Shown piece after piece: positions 40,678 to 54,436 of a stretch of DNA of 64,000 nucleotides. The notes below the pieces were generated by a model. That model was not told the origin of the DNA and searched no databases. It saw only the letters and a list, made by a program, of their open reading frames with translations. Source of the DNA: Flectonema sp. DT1601 (Eukaryota); assembly GCA_964019425.1 (NCBI GenBank), contig OZ025796.1, positions 806,001 to 870,000 of the forward strand, in the 5' to 3' direction. The translations under genes were made by a program, and so were the position numbers. The first letter of the stretch is position 1. The number at the start of each line of letters is the position of its first letter.

Positions 40678-42570
40678 TTAGGATAAATGAGAAAGTCTGT
40701 CAGCTATTATGTTTTCTTTCTTAACCCATTTTCCATTCCAAACAAACGGAGATTCCGATGCGTTGTTAAGTTTCAGGTTTCGATTTTTTCGTTCATTAAT
40801 TTCTTCTTCAGAGAAGAAAGTCTTCATCTTGTCAACATTTTGAAGTAAACTGCTGCTGTCCAAAATAGAAACAGCTATCGGTACTGTCAAGTACAACTCT
40901 GCACTCAAAACAAGCTCAAGAGATGGAACACGAGATCTTGAAATAATACGTACTGTTGTCTGTGGAAGGTCATCCCTTGAGAGGGTAAGTGTTCTCATTA
41001 AATACAATTCTGATATCCCTTTTGATAAATTATTAATAATCTTTCTTATAACATGTCGAGTCCCTCTTGTATTTCGTAGAAGTAAATATCCAGAGTCAAT
41101 TCCAGAAAACTTCGCTGCTATAATCGGTTGGGAGAGACCCCCAACAGTCCTGTTGTACAGCGTCCAGTCAGATTCTTCTAAGCAGGTGACAGCAGAACCT
41201 TCAAAGTCAGAATCTCCAACAAACGCCGATAACGGATTCTTAATAAAAAGTGAACCAGCTCGAAACACCGCCAACCTCACTTCCTCTTGCAAGAGGTTTT
41301 TAATTATTTTCCATTTACAACTCTCATCAGGGGAACAGAAATAGATCCTACCAATCCCTTCCTTCTTCGCATGCGAAGTGAAATCATTAAATTGATGTGT
41401 TGTATTTGATGTGTGTTGCAGCAGAAAAATCGTTTTACTCAAAACATCATTCTCTTGGAGGATCTTATATAAGTTTGTTTCTCGTGCAACAGCTGAAGGA
41501 TCTATGAGTGATGAGAACACGACTAACATCATCCCACCAACTCTGAAATTATTCGGTGAGAAATCTACTGCTAACCTAGGCTTCGTTGTTGAATTAATAA
41601 CAAGGTTGACAGGACAATAATCCTTTGATATTTGACTTCTTAAATTAATTCGTAAAGTGTTATTTATAGAGCGCTGCTGTTGCTGCTGTAGAATACGTAT
41701 CGTATCAAGAGTAGAAGATCTTTTCAAAACAGGTAGTAAGTTCATATCATTCCCGCCGACAGTAACAATTGAAACTTCCAGATCGATTCTCGATATGGTA
41801 GCTAATGAGATCTGAACTGAAAAAGGAACACTCAAAAGCATTCTTCGATTCAGAAATCCAACAGAAGCTCCAGCATGAGACCAACCATCTGTTTTGGGTC
41901 CGAATAGTTCACTAAATAGAAACTCAGAATCCGACCCATCTGTAGCTATCCTGCGATGATGAATTGTTGAACGTAAAGCTGCTTTAGATGAATAGGTTGC
42001 TCGGATGAAAATTGTGCTTAAACTAATCGACGGCTGATAGTCTCTGGTGTCGTTTATATATTCATTTTGGATGACTTCGAAATCAAATTCCCTCTTCAAT
42101 AAGAGAAATGGATTTGTTTTTAAAATCGATTGAGGATCTACTAACAAGACGCTGCAATCCAACAATACGACTTCCTCTGCGATGCTGATTTTATCTATTC
42201 TTCTGTACTCTGGATTTCTATAAACGTGAGGAACAGAGTTTGTTAAAAGGATGGTGTGACTTACAAGGTCAGAAGCTACTATAAAAACATTTTCAATTTT
42301 CAAATCAATCGCATTTTTATAAAGATCGATCCCGGAGTTAACAGTTATCAAATCGACAATAATAACGAGTGCTTCATTTTGTTTTTTAAAGGATCTATTA
42401 CGTTCCATGATCAAACAGATGTCGTGAGATCGGTATGTTGCACATCCTGAATGAGACCACTTTTCAGATTTAACTGTCGTTATAACGATTGTAATGTCGT
42501 CACGCCAAGGGATGAAGTACAGATTTATTACAACGATTAGTAACACAACGAACACCACGGCATATCTCAT
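40678..42570 (-). CDS. Type II membrane protein with two degenerate nucleotide-diphospho-sugar transferase (GT77-like) domains
   Basis: N-terminal signal anchor; VLLVDPQSILKTNPF...FIRAT and FIKNPL...DSDFEGS...IDSGYLLLRNT. Confidence 0.6.
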   Translation of the reverse strand: MRYAVVFVVLLIVVINLYFIPWRDDITIVITTVKSEKWSHSGCATYRSHDICLIMERNRSFKKQNEALVIIVDLITVNSGIDLYKNAIDLKIENVFIVASDLVSHTILLTNSVPHVYRNPEYRRIDKISIAEEVVLLDCSVLLVDPQSILKTNPFLLLKREFDFEVIQNEYINDTRDYQPSISLSTIFIRATYSSKAALRSTIHHRRIATDGSDSEFLFSELFGPKTDGWSHAGASVGFLNRRMLLSVPFSVQISLATISRIDLEVSIVTVGGNDMNLLPVLKRSSTLDTIRILQQQQQRSINNTLRINLRSQISKDYCPVNLVINSTTKPRLAVDFSPNNFRVGGMMLVVFSSLIDPSAVARETNLYKILQENDVLSKTIFLLQHTSNTTHQFNDFTSHAKKEGIGRIYFCSPDESCKWKIIKNLLQEEVRLAVFRAGSLFIKNPLSAFVGDSDFEGSAVTCLEESDWTLYNRTVGGLSQPIIAAKFSGIDSGYLLLRNTRGTRHVIRKIINNLSKGISELYLMRTLTLSRDDLPQTTVRIISRSRVPSLELVLSAELYLTVPIAVSILDSSSLLQNVDKMKTFFSEEEINERKNRNLKLNNASESPFVWNGKWVKKENIIADRLSHLS

Positions 42571-42756
42571 TGTGTCTGTTAGAAGTGATAAAATAGTATT
42601 ATTTGTTTATTCGCCTTGATATAAGATAAATTCAAAAAAAAGGGAAGTGATCGGATTTTTTCTTCTTTTCTTTTTTTTTTTTTTCTTCCTTTTTTTATTT
42701 TTTTTGAAAGGATGTTATCGTCGAGAGGTGGAGTGAAGGTGGTATCTGCTGGCCAA

Positions 42757-42792
<36 letters not shown>

Positions 42793-43885
42793 TTACAATG
42801 CCGCTACACACGCACGCAAGATCTTAATGAAGAAAGACAGATTTGAGCAAAAGGACAGAGCAAAACTGAAAGTAAAATAGAGAGCTCAGTAATGCAGTTC
42901 AAGAGATGCTTTGAAACAATAAATAAAAATCGCACGCTGAATGTTATCAATCTGTTGTAGAGAGATCACACCTGTTACGTTAGAACAAATAATACAAATA
43001 CTACTTGTTAAATGAAAAAAAAAAAAAACGAAGAGAAAAAAAAGGAGGGAAAAAAGGAACGCATCTCCACCCATCGTATCTTAGTTGTTATCATATCCGT
43101 ATCCTCCAGTTCTTTCTTCAGATGTACATAAAAAATATTTCGTTTACAAAGATGTGTTTTTTCTTAAGTCACAATCTTGTTACCTATTTTCAGCCTTTTA
43201 CTAAAAGTACATACATGGGCTACAGAAGCAGCCATGTCAGCTGGGGGATTGAAGTAAGAAATAAATATCTGAATAAACGTTTTGTTATGACACAGTTAAC
43301 TAAAGGTAATGTTAGAAAAAGAGGTAAACAGCTGGGGGATAACTGTTCGAGTTTGTAACGATAATTTAACATTAGTTCTGAGATACAGTGACTAAAGCTG
43401 AGGGGGAAGGCGATAATCGATGGTTATCAGTTATCACAAAATACAGATTTCTCTTTTTTTTTTTTTTTTGAAAAATAAAATAAAACAAACAAAACAAACT
43501 TTTTTCTATCATTCACTACAACCCTGGAAAGGACTTCACGTACTGAATGAATGAATTTGAGTAGATGTATGCAGAAAATATAACAATCTTGGCAAACCAT
43601 AATGATATGCAAAAGGAACTGGAAAAAAAACTCCAAACGAAGGCGGATGGAGAATTGTGTGAAAGCATCGCCAAGAATACATAAATAAACCAACTGGCCT
43701 TCAAGAGTCATCAAAGAATCGACAAGGGCCAGCTATTACTTACTACTATTATAGACGGGTACAATAAGAAAAAAGAAAGAACAGCTTTCCCCCTCCCATT
43801 TTTTTTTTCTTTTTTACTACCAAGCGGTCCTTACTTATTGAGTTTAAAACAAAAAAAAAAAAGAAAATAAAAAGTGTAAATAGTT

Positions 43886-46800
43886 TCATTCAGATGGCTG
43901 CTTTGGTTTGTGTTGTTTTTGTAATATCTCTTCCCAGGTATTGCGATTCGTAATAAGTTGATCGAGGACACTTTCCATTGGAACCAATCGTGTTATTAAT
44001 CTGAATAGTGGAAGACCCAATCCTTCAATGAATCCGAGTTGACCAGCAGCAAGTTCGTTTGCATTTTGTCGATCAAAGAGAGGAGTGACATCCAAGTTGG
44101 CTTCTCTTTCTTGATCACCCTGCCAATAAAACTCAGCTGTCACGTATTGTCCCCATGTTCGAGAAATTTCAAACGGTTTTGTGATGTTTGATATGTCTGC
44201 GCATTTCAACAGCATACACATCGTCAGCTTCCTATGACTTGGATCATCAAACTGAAAATCAGTAGTACGAAACTTTTCACAAATGCCTTGATGGTTTGCC
44301 ATATCCGTCGCTAAGATCGTTTCAATCAAACATTTCCAAATCTCTTTTGTTTGTTCAGGAGAACATCCACTAAGAATATTATAATCTTCATTTTGTAATA
44401 TGTCTATCGCGACATTACAGTGATGCACTTCCAGTACACTCGTAGAACCGCTTGAGGCGCTTAGTACCCCCAGTGGGGTTTCAACTTTCAATAAGAAACT
44501 GTTATTTAATCCCATGTGATCGAGATCATGACAGAGTCCTGCAATTAAAAGTGAAAATTGATTTAGCCTTGATAAATAATTATCAAGTTTTCCATCAGCC
44601 ATCCAGGTTGAAAGGGTCTGTGTTACGTCAAATGCATGTGTGAAATTATGATACGGGACGTGTCTGTATTTTGATTGGATTGCAATTATAAAAAGCCATA
44701 GCGCACTCTCCGGGATGTTGAATTCCTCAACGAATCCAAGTTCAATAAATATCTGAACAACACAAGCAACGAGTCTGTGATGATTGTCAGAATGATGAAT
44801 ATTATAACGATGAGTGTTAAATCTACACGTCAGTAGCGTTTGTGATTCCTCCGTAGTGAGAGTGACTCCTTGACATCTTTGTAAAAGAAAATCCATCTGG
44901 TGAACAACAAAGACAGACCCTCTTCGTTTACGACCACTTTTCGTATGAGAACTTTCAATGTCTAACAAAGTTTTACTCTCTTCCTCCGCCTGTTTCATAA
45001 ACTGAAATAGATTTGCGTTTCTTAACGACATCGCTGCGAATTCTGAAAATACCGAAAGAGTCTCCTCGTCGTTACTCGAAAAACTCTCATCTCCCAACTT
45101 ATTAACCAACTGAGTAACTGCGATGACTTCATTGTTAAACATCACAGGCATTGCTAATATGTTTTTAGTAATGTAACCAGTCTTCTTATCAATATCGGTG
45201 TTAAACCTCCGATCAGCATATGCATTTGAAATGTTTTGAATCTCAGCAGTTCGAGCAACGTGCCCAGCGATTCCTTGAGTGACAGGAAATCGGATTTCAC
45301 CACTTTGGTTCGCAACGGTACTAAACAATTGATTGTGCTCCTTGTCTACCATGAATAAGGCGCATCTCTCACATTTTACTAAGTCTTTTGCGTGTTCCAT
45401 TATCTTAGAACAGATTACATCAGTTTGCATGATGTCAATTTTGTTTAATTCCTTCACAGTTGAAAGGATAGCCGTGACAGTACGTTTCTCACGAATCATC
45501 TGCTCATGAAGTAGGGTGTTCTTAATATTTATTCCTGCGAATTGAGAAAATCCAGCAAATGTATTCTCATCATCATTTGTAAACGCCACTGGACCGTCTT
45601 CGAGATGTTTGTTTACTAGTTGTGCGACAGCTACAACTTGATCACCAGACTTAATTGGAACACAGAGTATAGATTCTATAGATTCAGTTTTATAACCAGT
45701 TTGCCTATCTGTTTCAGCATTGAATCGAGGGTCAGAATAGGCATTTGTAATGTTACATGTTTCACTAGTGGTGGCAACATGGCCAGCTATACCAGCTGTA
45801 AGTGGAAGGCGGACTTCTTGACTGTGACCTTCAAAACGTGCCGATAATTGATTTGCATTCTTGTCAACAACAAATAACGAACATCTGTCAGCACTAAGAA
45901 GTTTCTTAGCACTGTTCATGATGGTATCGCAGAGTTTTTGAAATTGTAATTCAGTTCCAGCGAGGGTTCTGACAAGACTTAGGAGGACTTCTGATGACTT
46001 GTAGCTGTCATTTAGATCTGCGTACAGCATCGCGTTACTTAAGACTGTAGCGACGAACATGTTTAATGATCCTAATAGAGACTCGTCTTCGTCTGTGAAG
46101 TCAATTACTTCATCGAATTCTAACTTATTTGAGACATTAATACAAGCATACACTTCACCTTCATGTGTAATTGGTATCCACATCGAACTCTTTATGTCAA
46201 TTCCAATATCTTGATGGTGTACACTTATGTCCGCAGCGTTATGACAACCAGCGGTATCCATTATGATAGTGTCATTATTTGTAATGCTGTAACCTTCTGC
46301 TGTGTGATGAGTGATGTCTTGAGTGACTTTTATCTTCTTGCTATTGATTTGAGTATTTAGTTTGTTTGTGCACATTGTTTCCTTGTCAAGGCAGCAATAC
46401 ATTTTCTTTCCACTTTTAATCCAGAGAGTAGCACGTTCAGCGTTTAATAGCCAACAGACTTTTCGGGTCACAGCTACGGAAATGTGTTCGACTGTTGAGA
46501 CGGAGTTTGTTGTGATTTCTGCAGCAGCGCGAAGTAAGTCGTCGATGCTGCCTCCTGATTTACCGGCAGGCCGCATGTTTTGTGTGGATCCAGCTCGCTG
46601 AGCTTTGTATATCATTCCGATTACTGATGACACAACAGAACCGTTGTCACTACCGTCTGTGCCACTGCTGTCTTCAGATTCGAGTCCCATGTTACCAGCT
46701 GACTTTATCTTTCTTCCACTTCTCTTTGGTCGAAGTCCCTTTTGTGGTTGTTTTCGCCGCTTTGCCTTACCTCCTCTCTTCATTGTAGCTTCGTCTAATG

Positions 46801-47125
46801 AGATTTCTTCGTATGTTACTTTTCGTTCTGTAATCTCTCCAACTGATCCAGGATTAGAACCATAATTACTTTCATTTATATTAATGTTAGCGATAGTATT
46901 CTCACAGTGACAATCACAACTATCACTGTGTGGTTGTAGCTCCATTAAGATTGCCGTAAACTGTTTTTTAAACGCCGCATTTTTCAGCAGCTCTTGGGAG
47001 TGGCAATCCATCAACGCTGTAGCACTCCTTAAATATCTCAAGACATCTGAACTAATTTCTTCTGACCATGGTCGTCCGTACTTTTGAGCACTTGGTTGTG
47101 TAGTCTTTGACCCGCCTCCTCCCAT
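43886..47125 (-). CDS. cAMP phosphodiesterase, PDEB-like (GAF domains + class I catalytic domain), putative N-myristoylated
   Basis: YHNFTHAFDV, CHDLDH, LATDM, CADISN, EFYWQGD, QLGFI; GAF motifs (R..LF.VD, NK...F...DE); MGGGGSK start. Confidence 0.93.
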   Translation of the reverse strand: MGGGGSKTTQPSAQKYGRPWSEEISSDVLRYLRSATALMDCHSQELLKNAAFKKQFTAILMELQPHSDSCDCHCENTIANININESNYGSNPGSVGEITERKVTYEEISLDEATMKRGGKAKRRKQPQKGLRPKRSGRKIKSAGNMGLESEDSSGTDGSDNGSVVSSVIGMIYKAQRAGSTQNMRPAGKSGGSIDDLLRAAAEITTNSVSTVEHISVAVTRKVCWLLNAERATLWIKSGKKMYCCLDKETMCTNKLNTQINSKKIKVTQDITHHTAEGYSITNNDTIIMDTAGCHNAADISVHHQDIGIDIKSSMWIPITHEGEVYACINVSNKLEFDEVIDFTDEDESLLGSLNMFVATVLSNAMLYADLNDSYKSSEVLLSLVRTLAGTELQFQKLCDTIMNSAKKLLSADRCSLFVVDKNANQLSARFEGHSQEVRLPLTAGIAGHVATTSETCNITNAYSDPRFNAETDRQTGYKTESIESILCVPIKSGDQVVAVAQLVNKHLEDGPVAFTNDDENTFAGFSQFAGINIKNTLLHEQMIREKRTVTAILSTVKELNKIDIMQTDVICSKIMEHAKDLVKCERCALFMVDKEHNQLFSTVANQSGEIRFPVTQGIAGHVARTAEIQNISNAYADRRFNTDIDKKTGYITKNILAMPVMFNNEVIAVTQLVNKLGDESFSSNDEETLSVFSEFAAMSLRNANLFQFMKQAEEESKTLLDIESSHTKSGRKRRGSVFVVHQMDFLLQRCQGVTLTTEESQTLLTCRFNTHRYNIHHSDNHHRLVACVVQIFIELGFVEEFNIPESALWLFIIAIQSKYRHVPYHNFTHAFDVTQTLSTWMADGKLDNYLSRLNQFSLLIAGLCHDLDHMGLNNSFLLKVETPLGVLSASSGSTSVLEVHHCNVAIDILQNEDYNILSGCSPEQTKEIWKCLIETILATDMANHQGICEKFRTTDFQFDDPSHRKLTMCMLLKCADISNITKPFEISRTWGQYVTAEFYWQGDQEREANLDVTPLFDRQNANELAAGQLGFIEGLGLPLFRLITRLVPMESVLDQLITNRNTWEEILQKQHKPKQPSE

Positions 47126-47832
47126 TTATCTTTTTTTTTTCTTATCGTTTTTTACAGACACCTGAAAAGTAGGAATTATTATAACATCTTTAATAACATG
47201 CAATGCAGACACACTAAAAAATAGCTGCGCAAAAGTTGCTTGATCATCCGAAGGTAAATACCAGTGCAAGGAGGGGGGTTGAAATTACAAAGAATTGATT
47301 AACCGCGTCATAACGTCAGTGCTAGCTCAACACCAAAGGCATCTTTAGTGATACGAAACAGCGAAACTAACCACCGAAATGACAGAATAAATTACGGATT
47401 TTATTAATCAAAAATTAGTTTCTTCCCCGACTTTGTCGGTACAAAAAAAAAAAAAAAAAAACGAAAAACATGACTTGAAATAAAGCCTTCCACCACCTCT
47501 AAAAATGGGCTAGTAAGGCGGTAAAAGACAAACAAAATACAGAAAACTGAGAAGGCTTAGAAGCCTAAAAAGAACTGAAAAACGAATTGTATATTTTATT
47601 TTATTTTAATCGAACTTGAATGGGTGAAAGACCTCTCCATCACTTCACCCTGAGTATGGCATCTGAGTGTGGCTCTTTGTATATGGCTAAACGACTATGG
47701 CGAAGCAAACTTCCGTTTGTCTCTTCACTCGTTATAGTTTACAATTTTTGTCGCACACGTATTTCCCTTTCATCATACCCTTTTTTTTTTTTTTTTTTTT
47801 TTTTTTTCCCCCCTTTCTTTTCGTAATTATGA

Positions 47833-48603
47833 TTAGAACGGTTGTTGCTGCTGAATAAAGGGATTTCCCCAACCAGTCATATTACTAGTAGTATTTTCGT
47901 TGGTATAAGTCGGATGTTGGAATTGGGTGTTCGATTCTGGACGATAAACACCAGGCTGCCAGCTATCAATTTGTTGTTGAGTATCAGATTCAGGACTACA
48001 GTTGTCGTTCATAATTTCATCATATTTTTCAGATTGGTGATCGTCTTCATCGTCAGAGTCCAACTCTTCAATTCGAGGTTGGGTTGAAATATTTCTTACA
48101 CTTTGTTCAAACTCACTAATCAAATCAAACAACGTCGATCTTGGAAGTACTATTGAAACTAATTGTGATTGATCTCCACTAGGAAATCGATTGCAGTCAA
48201 ATACATTTGTTTGCGAAGTCGATTTTATTAATCCCCGAGGAACGGAAAACCCTCTCAACAGAGAGGCATGTATTTGTAAGGTTACAATGTCTTCACCCAT
48301 CTCACTTGAAGATTCAGATACTTCAATTCCATTAATATGATTATTTTCAGTAAATGGGTTTTTAGTCCCCCGCCGCCTCCGTTTCAAGGCCATGTCTTCG
48401 GCGATATTTTTAATTCGATCTATCAAGTGGGTCCTCAACTCTGGGGTTCTCCGTTTCATGTTATTTTCTGCTGGCTCACCATAACCGTTCGAGTCAACTT
48501 GCAATCTCTTAAGTGGGTTGGTTGGATTACGTACAAATTTAAAAGAACTTTTCATCAAATCTGTCATATCCTCCAACTGTGAATACGATCTTTTGCATTT
48601 CAT
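47833..48603 (-). CDS. Hypothetical protein (likely start MKCKRS at 48603)
   Basis: ORF 47833-48738; the upstream part is T-rich acceptor-like sequence ending CAGCAG directly before ATG 48603. Confidence 0.6.
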   Translation of the reverse strand: MKCKRSYSQLEDMTDLMKSSFKFVRNPTNPLKRLQVDSNGYGEPAENNMKRRTPELRTHLIDRIKNIAEDMALKRRRRGTKNPFTENNHINGIEVSESSSEMGEDIVTLQIHASLLRGFSVPRGLIKSTSQTNVFDCNRFPSGDQSQLVSIVLPRSTLFDLISEFEQSVRNISTQPRIEELDSDDEDDHQSEKYDEIMNDNCSPESDTQQQIDSWQPGVYRPESNTQFQHPTYTNENTTSNMTGWGNPFIQQQQPF

Positions 48604-48926
48604 CTGCTGAGAACTGTAACAAGTAATTAGGGTAAAGTACGCACCAAGAAGAACAAAAAGAAAAGACAACGGACTGACCAATATCAGCCTTGTTGAGTTT
48701 TGCATTACATTTCGTTTGTTTTGTTTGTTTGTTTTCACTACTGTGAAAGACTAACAATAATAAAACTATAGAATCTTAAATGAATGAAGTGCCGGAACTG
48801 TTTTACAGTTAGGCCTAACGATTTGTAGTTAAGACGTAAACCACAATAAAAGATCTGAATAGCTGCAGTAGTACTATTCGTATTGCTTAGTAATGATGAT
48901 TGTTGCTGTGGATCAGACCGTCGGAT

Positions 48927-52027
<3,101 letters not shown>

Positions 52028-52465
52028 TGTTCTTCTTTCCTTGGGTTGAACTAAAAACTAAACTAAAAATAGCTATAAAAAAAACTAACAAAAGAGAAAC
52101 ATATTCGGACACCCCACGAACTACAACACTTCTTATTTTATTTATTATTATTTTTTTTTTTTTTAAAGTTTTGCTTCTTATTTTAGTATTTTGCTCATTC
52201 AAATTCTTGGAAGCCTTAAGTGTGCGTTATCACGAAAAAGTTTATTCTACTTCTAGTTAGCAAAGTCTAGACTTACACCAGCAGTCGCTTAGATTACGTT
52301 TCTATAGCTTCAGCCGGAAGAATCGGTTTTACCTTGCCTAGACATTTGAACCAACACAAGAAATGAATAATCCGCTACAAATAAAATAGCGGACGAACCA
52401 CAATAACGTCTTTCTATAATAATGAAAATCAAAGGACAAGCAGGGGGGGGGGGGGGGGGGGGGTA

Positions 52466-54436
52466 GGGGGGGGTACAAGCTGTCGATAAAGTACTTTTTC
52501 CGAATTTTGGTAAATATAACCTTCCCGGGGGCAAAAAATACCCAGGACCCCATCAGAACCCCCAAAAATGTGATTTCGGGGCCGAAAAAACCTCGATTTG
52601 GCTGATTTCGGCAAAGGAATGAAAAATCTCAAAAAGTGTGGACCGTGTGGTACCTGGGGGTCCAATTTTGAGGACTGTGAAATGCACCTTCAAATAAATT
52701 TTTTTTACAATGAGAAGAGGTGAGTCTTGGTGTGCCCCTGTATGCGCAGTTGTTAATATACCATTTCCGTATCAGTTTCCGCCTCAAGAACACGCCACGA
52801 AAAAGAACAGCGCTCTCGCTCGGCCATGCTTGAGGCCACGAGGCTCACGGGCAGGATAACGCAGCGGAAAACAACGTTCTGCAGGGCAGCTCACAAAGTC
52901 ATTCTGCGGAGGAGAGCATTGATCCCAGAGTGCATGAAAACACCTCCCGAGGCATCTCTGAAGTCACTCAACAACACTTGGACAGTCAGAAGTAAGATAC
53001 GCGTGAGAAAGGGGTCAAGAAACGTCCAGTATCTGAATCGTGATCACAGAAGGCTCACAGAATGGAGAAAGCGCCACGTCAGTACCCCAAACAGGGATAA
53101 TCCTGAAGACAGCTGTAGTGGTAGTGCGTCAAATAGCAGTGCCATAGATAAGCAGCAGCGACATAGGGCAACATGCCCCATCCAAAAAGCCGTTTAAGGC
53201 ATCACTTAAGACCCAACCATACTCACCAGCAGGGCATACAAGACACTCTAGTATATGCGGCATAAGGAGAAGTACGAAAGACACACCCGCTTGCAACTGT
53301 ACCCAAACGAGGGGGATATACTCCTAGAGTCTTGGAGTCGTAGCAACACTGCAGATATTGCGGCAAGAAGGGATCGGCGCAGAGACATCCAACAAAGTCC
53401 TGAGTGAATGACATAGTTGAAGCTGTCGCAGGTGCACAGACAGAAGAGAAGCGGGTCGAAATCACCAACTATATCTTGAAGGACAGTCCGACTTGTTGAT
53501 GGATTCACAGGTGATCTGTCGGTGACCTGACTTCTTGAAGCAGCAGCTTCCTCCTCACCCTCCGTCACATCGCTGCAGCATGATACTTCCTCTAGTGCCC
53601 GTCGTGCTCGTGGGATGAAGCTAACAACCGTGGCGTTCGTTGTCATCCTGCACCCCTCAAGGGATGGGGAGATTATTCAGTGTTGTTAATAGTTCTTAAT
53701 CAAGTAATCAAACCAGTGGCGTGAATGTTGCCCTACTGATAACGTACAACATATTCCAGAGGCACACGGACTTCCAAAGGCTACCACATCAACGCAGGAC
53801 CACCGACCCTCTTCAGATTGGCAAGAACAAGCACAACAGGACGCGCTACAGGGGCTGAACGTACCACCCCGTCCTCACAGGGAAGACCTCTAGACAGTAA
53901 GGTCTAATGCTAATCTGCCATCTGTATCCAAGGATTGGTCCTCTGTCTATCTTGTACAGAAAGAAGCACAGCTTCGGGCCGAATTTCAAAAGCTGAGCAC
54001 ATGGGATGTTCAAGAGAAGGCCAGTAGCCTAAACATCGGACATGGGGGAATTAACAAGCCGGTCTGGTGGAGCATATTATTAAGGTTCAAATCAGGACGA
54101 TAAAAATAAAAATTGGGTTCCCATTTCATTCCCCACTCAACTCAGAGGGAAACCCTGGTTATGGATTGCTCAATGTACGGAATTACTTGTAATTTTTGTG
54201 AGCCCTCCTAACACACCCCTTGTTTTCACCCCCCTCAGGTACCACACGGTCCACACTTTTTGAGATTTTTCAAAGACTTGCTCTAAAGTGCCGAAGAACT
54301 GTTTCTTTGGATCGCAATCCCCATTTTTGGGGTATATGTTGCAGTTCTCATAATTTAGGTGCACAAAAAACTTGTTCTCCGTAAAAAAACCGAAAGTGCC
54401 CAAAATCTCCGTAAAATCGATGCTTGTACCCCCCCC
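52466..54436. mobile_element. TIR DNA element (1971 bp), probably non-autonomous, flanked by TA
   Basis: Perfect 15-bp TIR GGGGGGGGTACAAGC (52466-52480 / 54422-54436); perfect 37-bp inner inverted repeat (52620-52656 / 54236-54272); TA on both sides; interior visibly more GC-rich than host. Confidence 0.88.
52710..53197 (+). pseudogene. Basic ORF/degenerate gene inside the TIR element (putative intron 52720-52775)
   Basis: ATGAGAAGAG|GTGAGT...CCGTATCAG|TT joins in frame to ORF 52826-53197; coding-like but stop-interrupted sequence follows; no transposase motif recognised. Confidence 0.35.
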
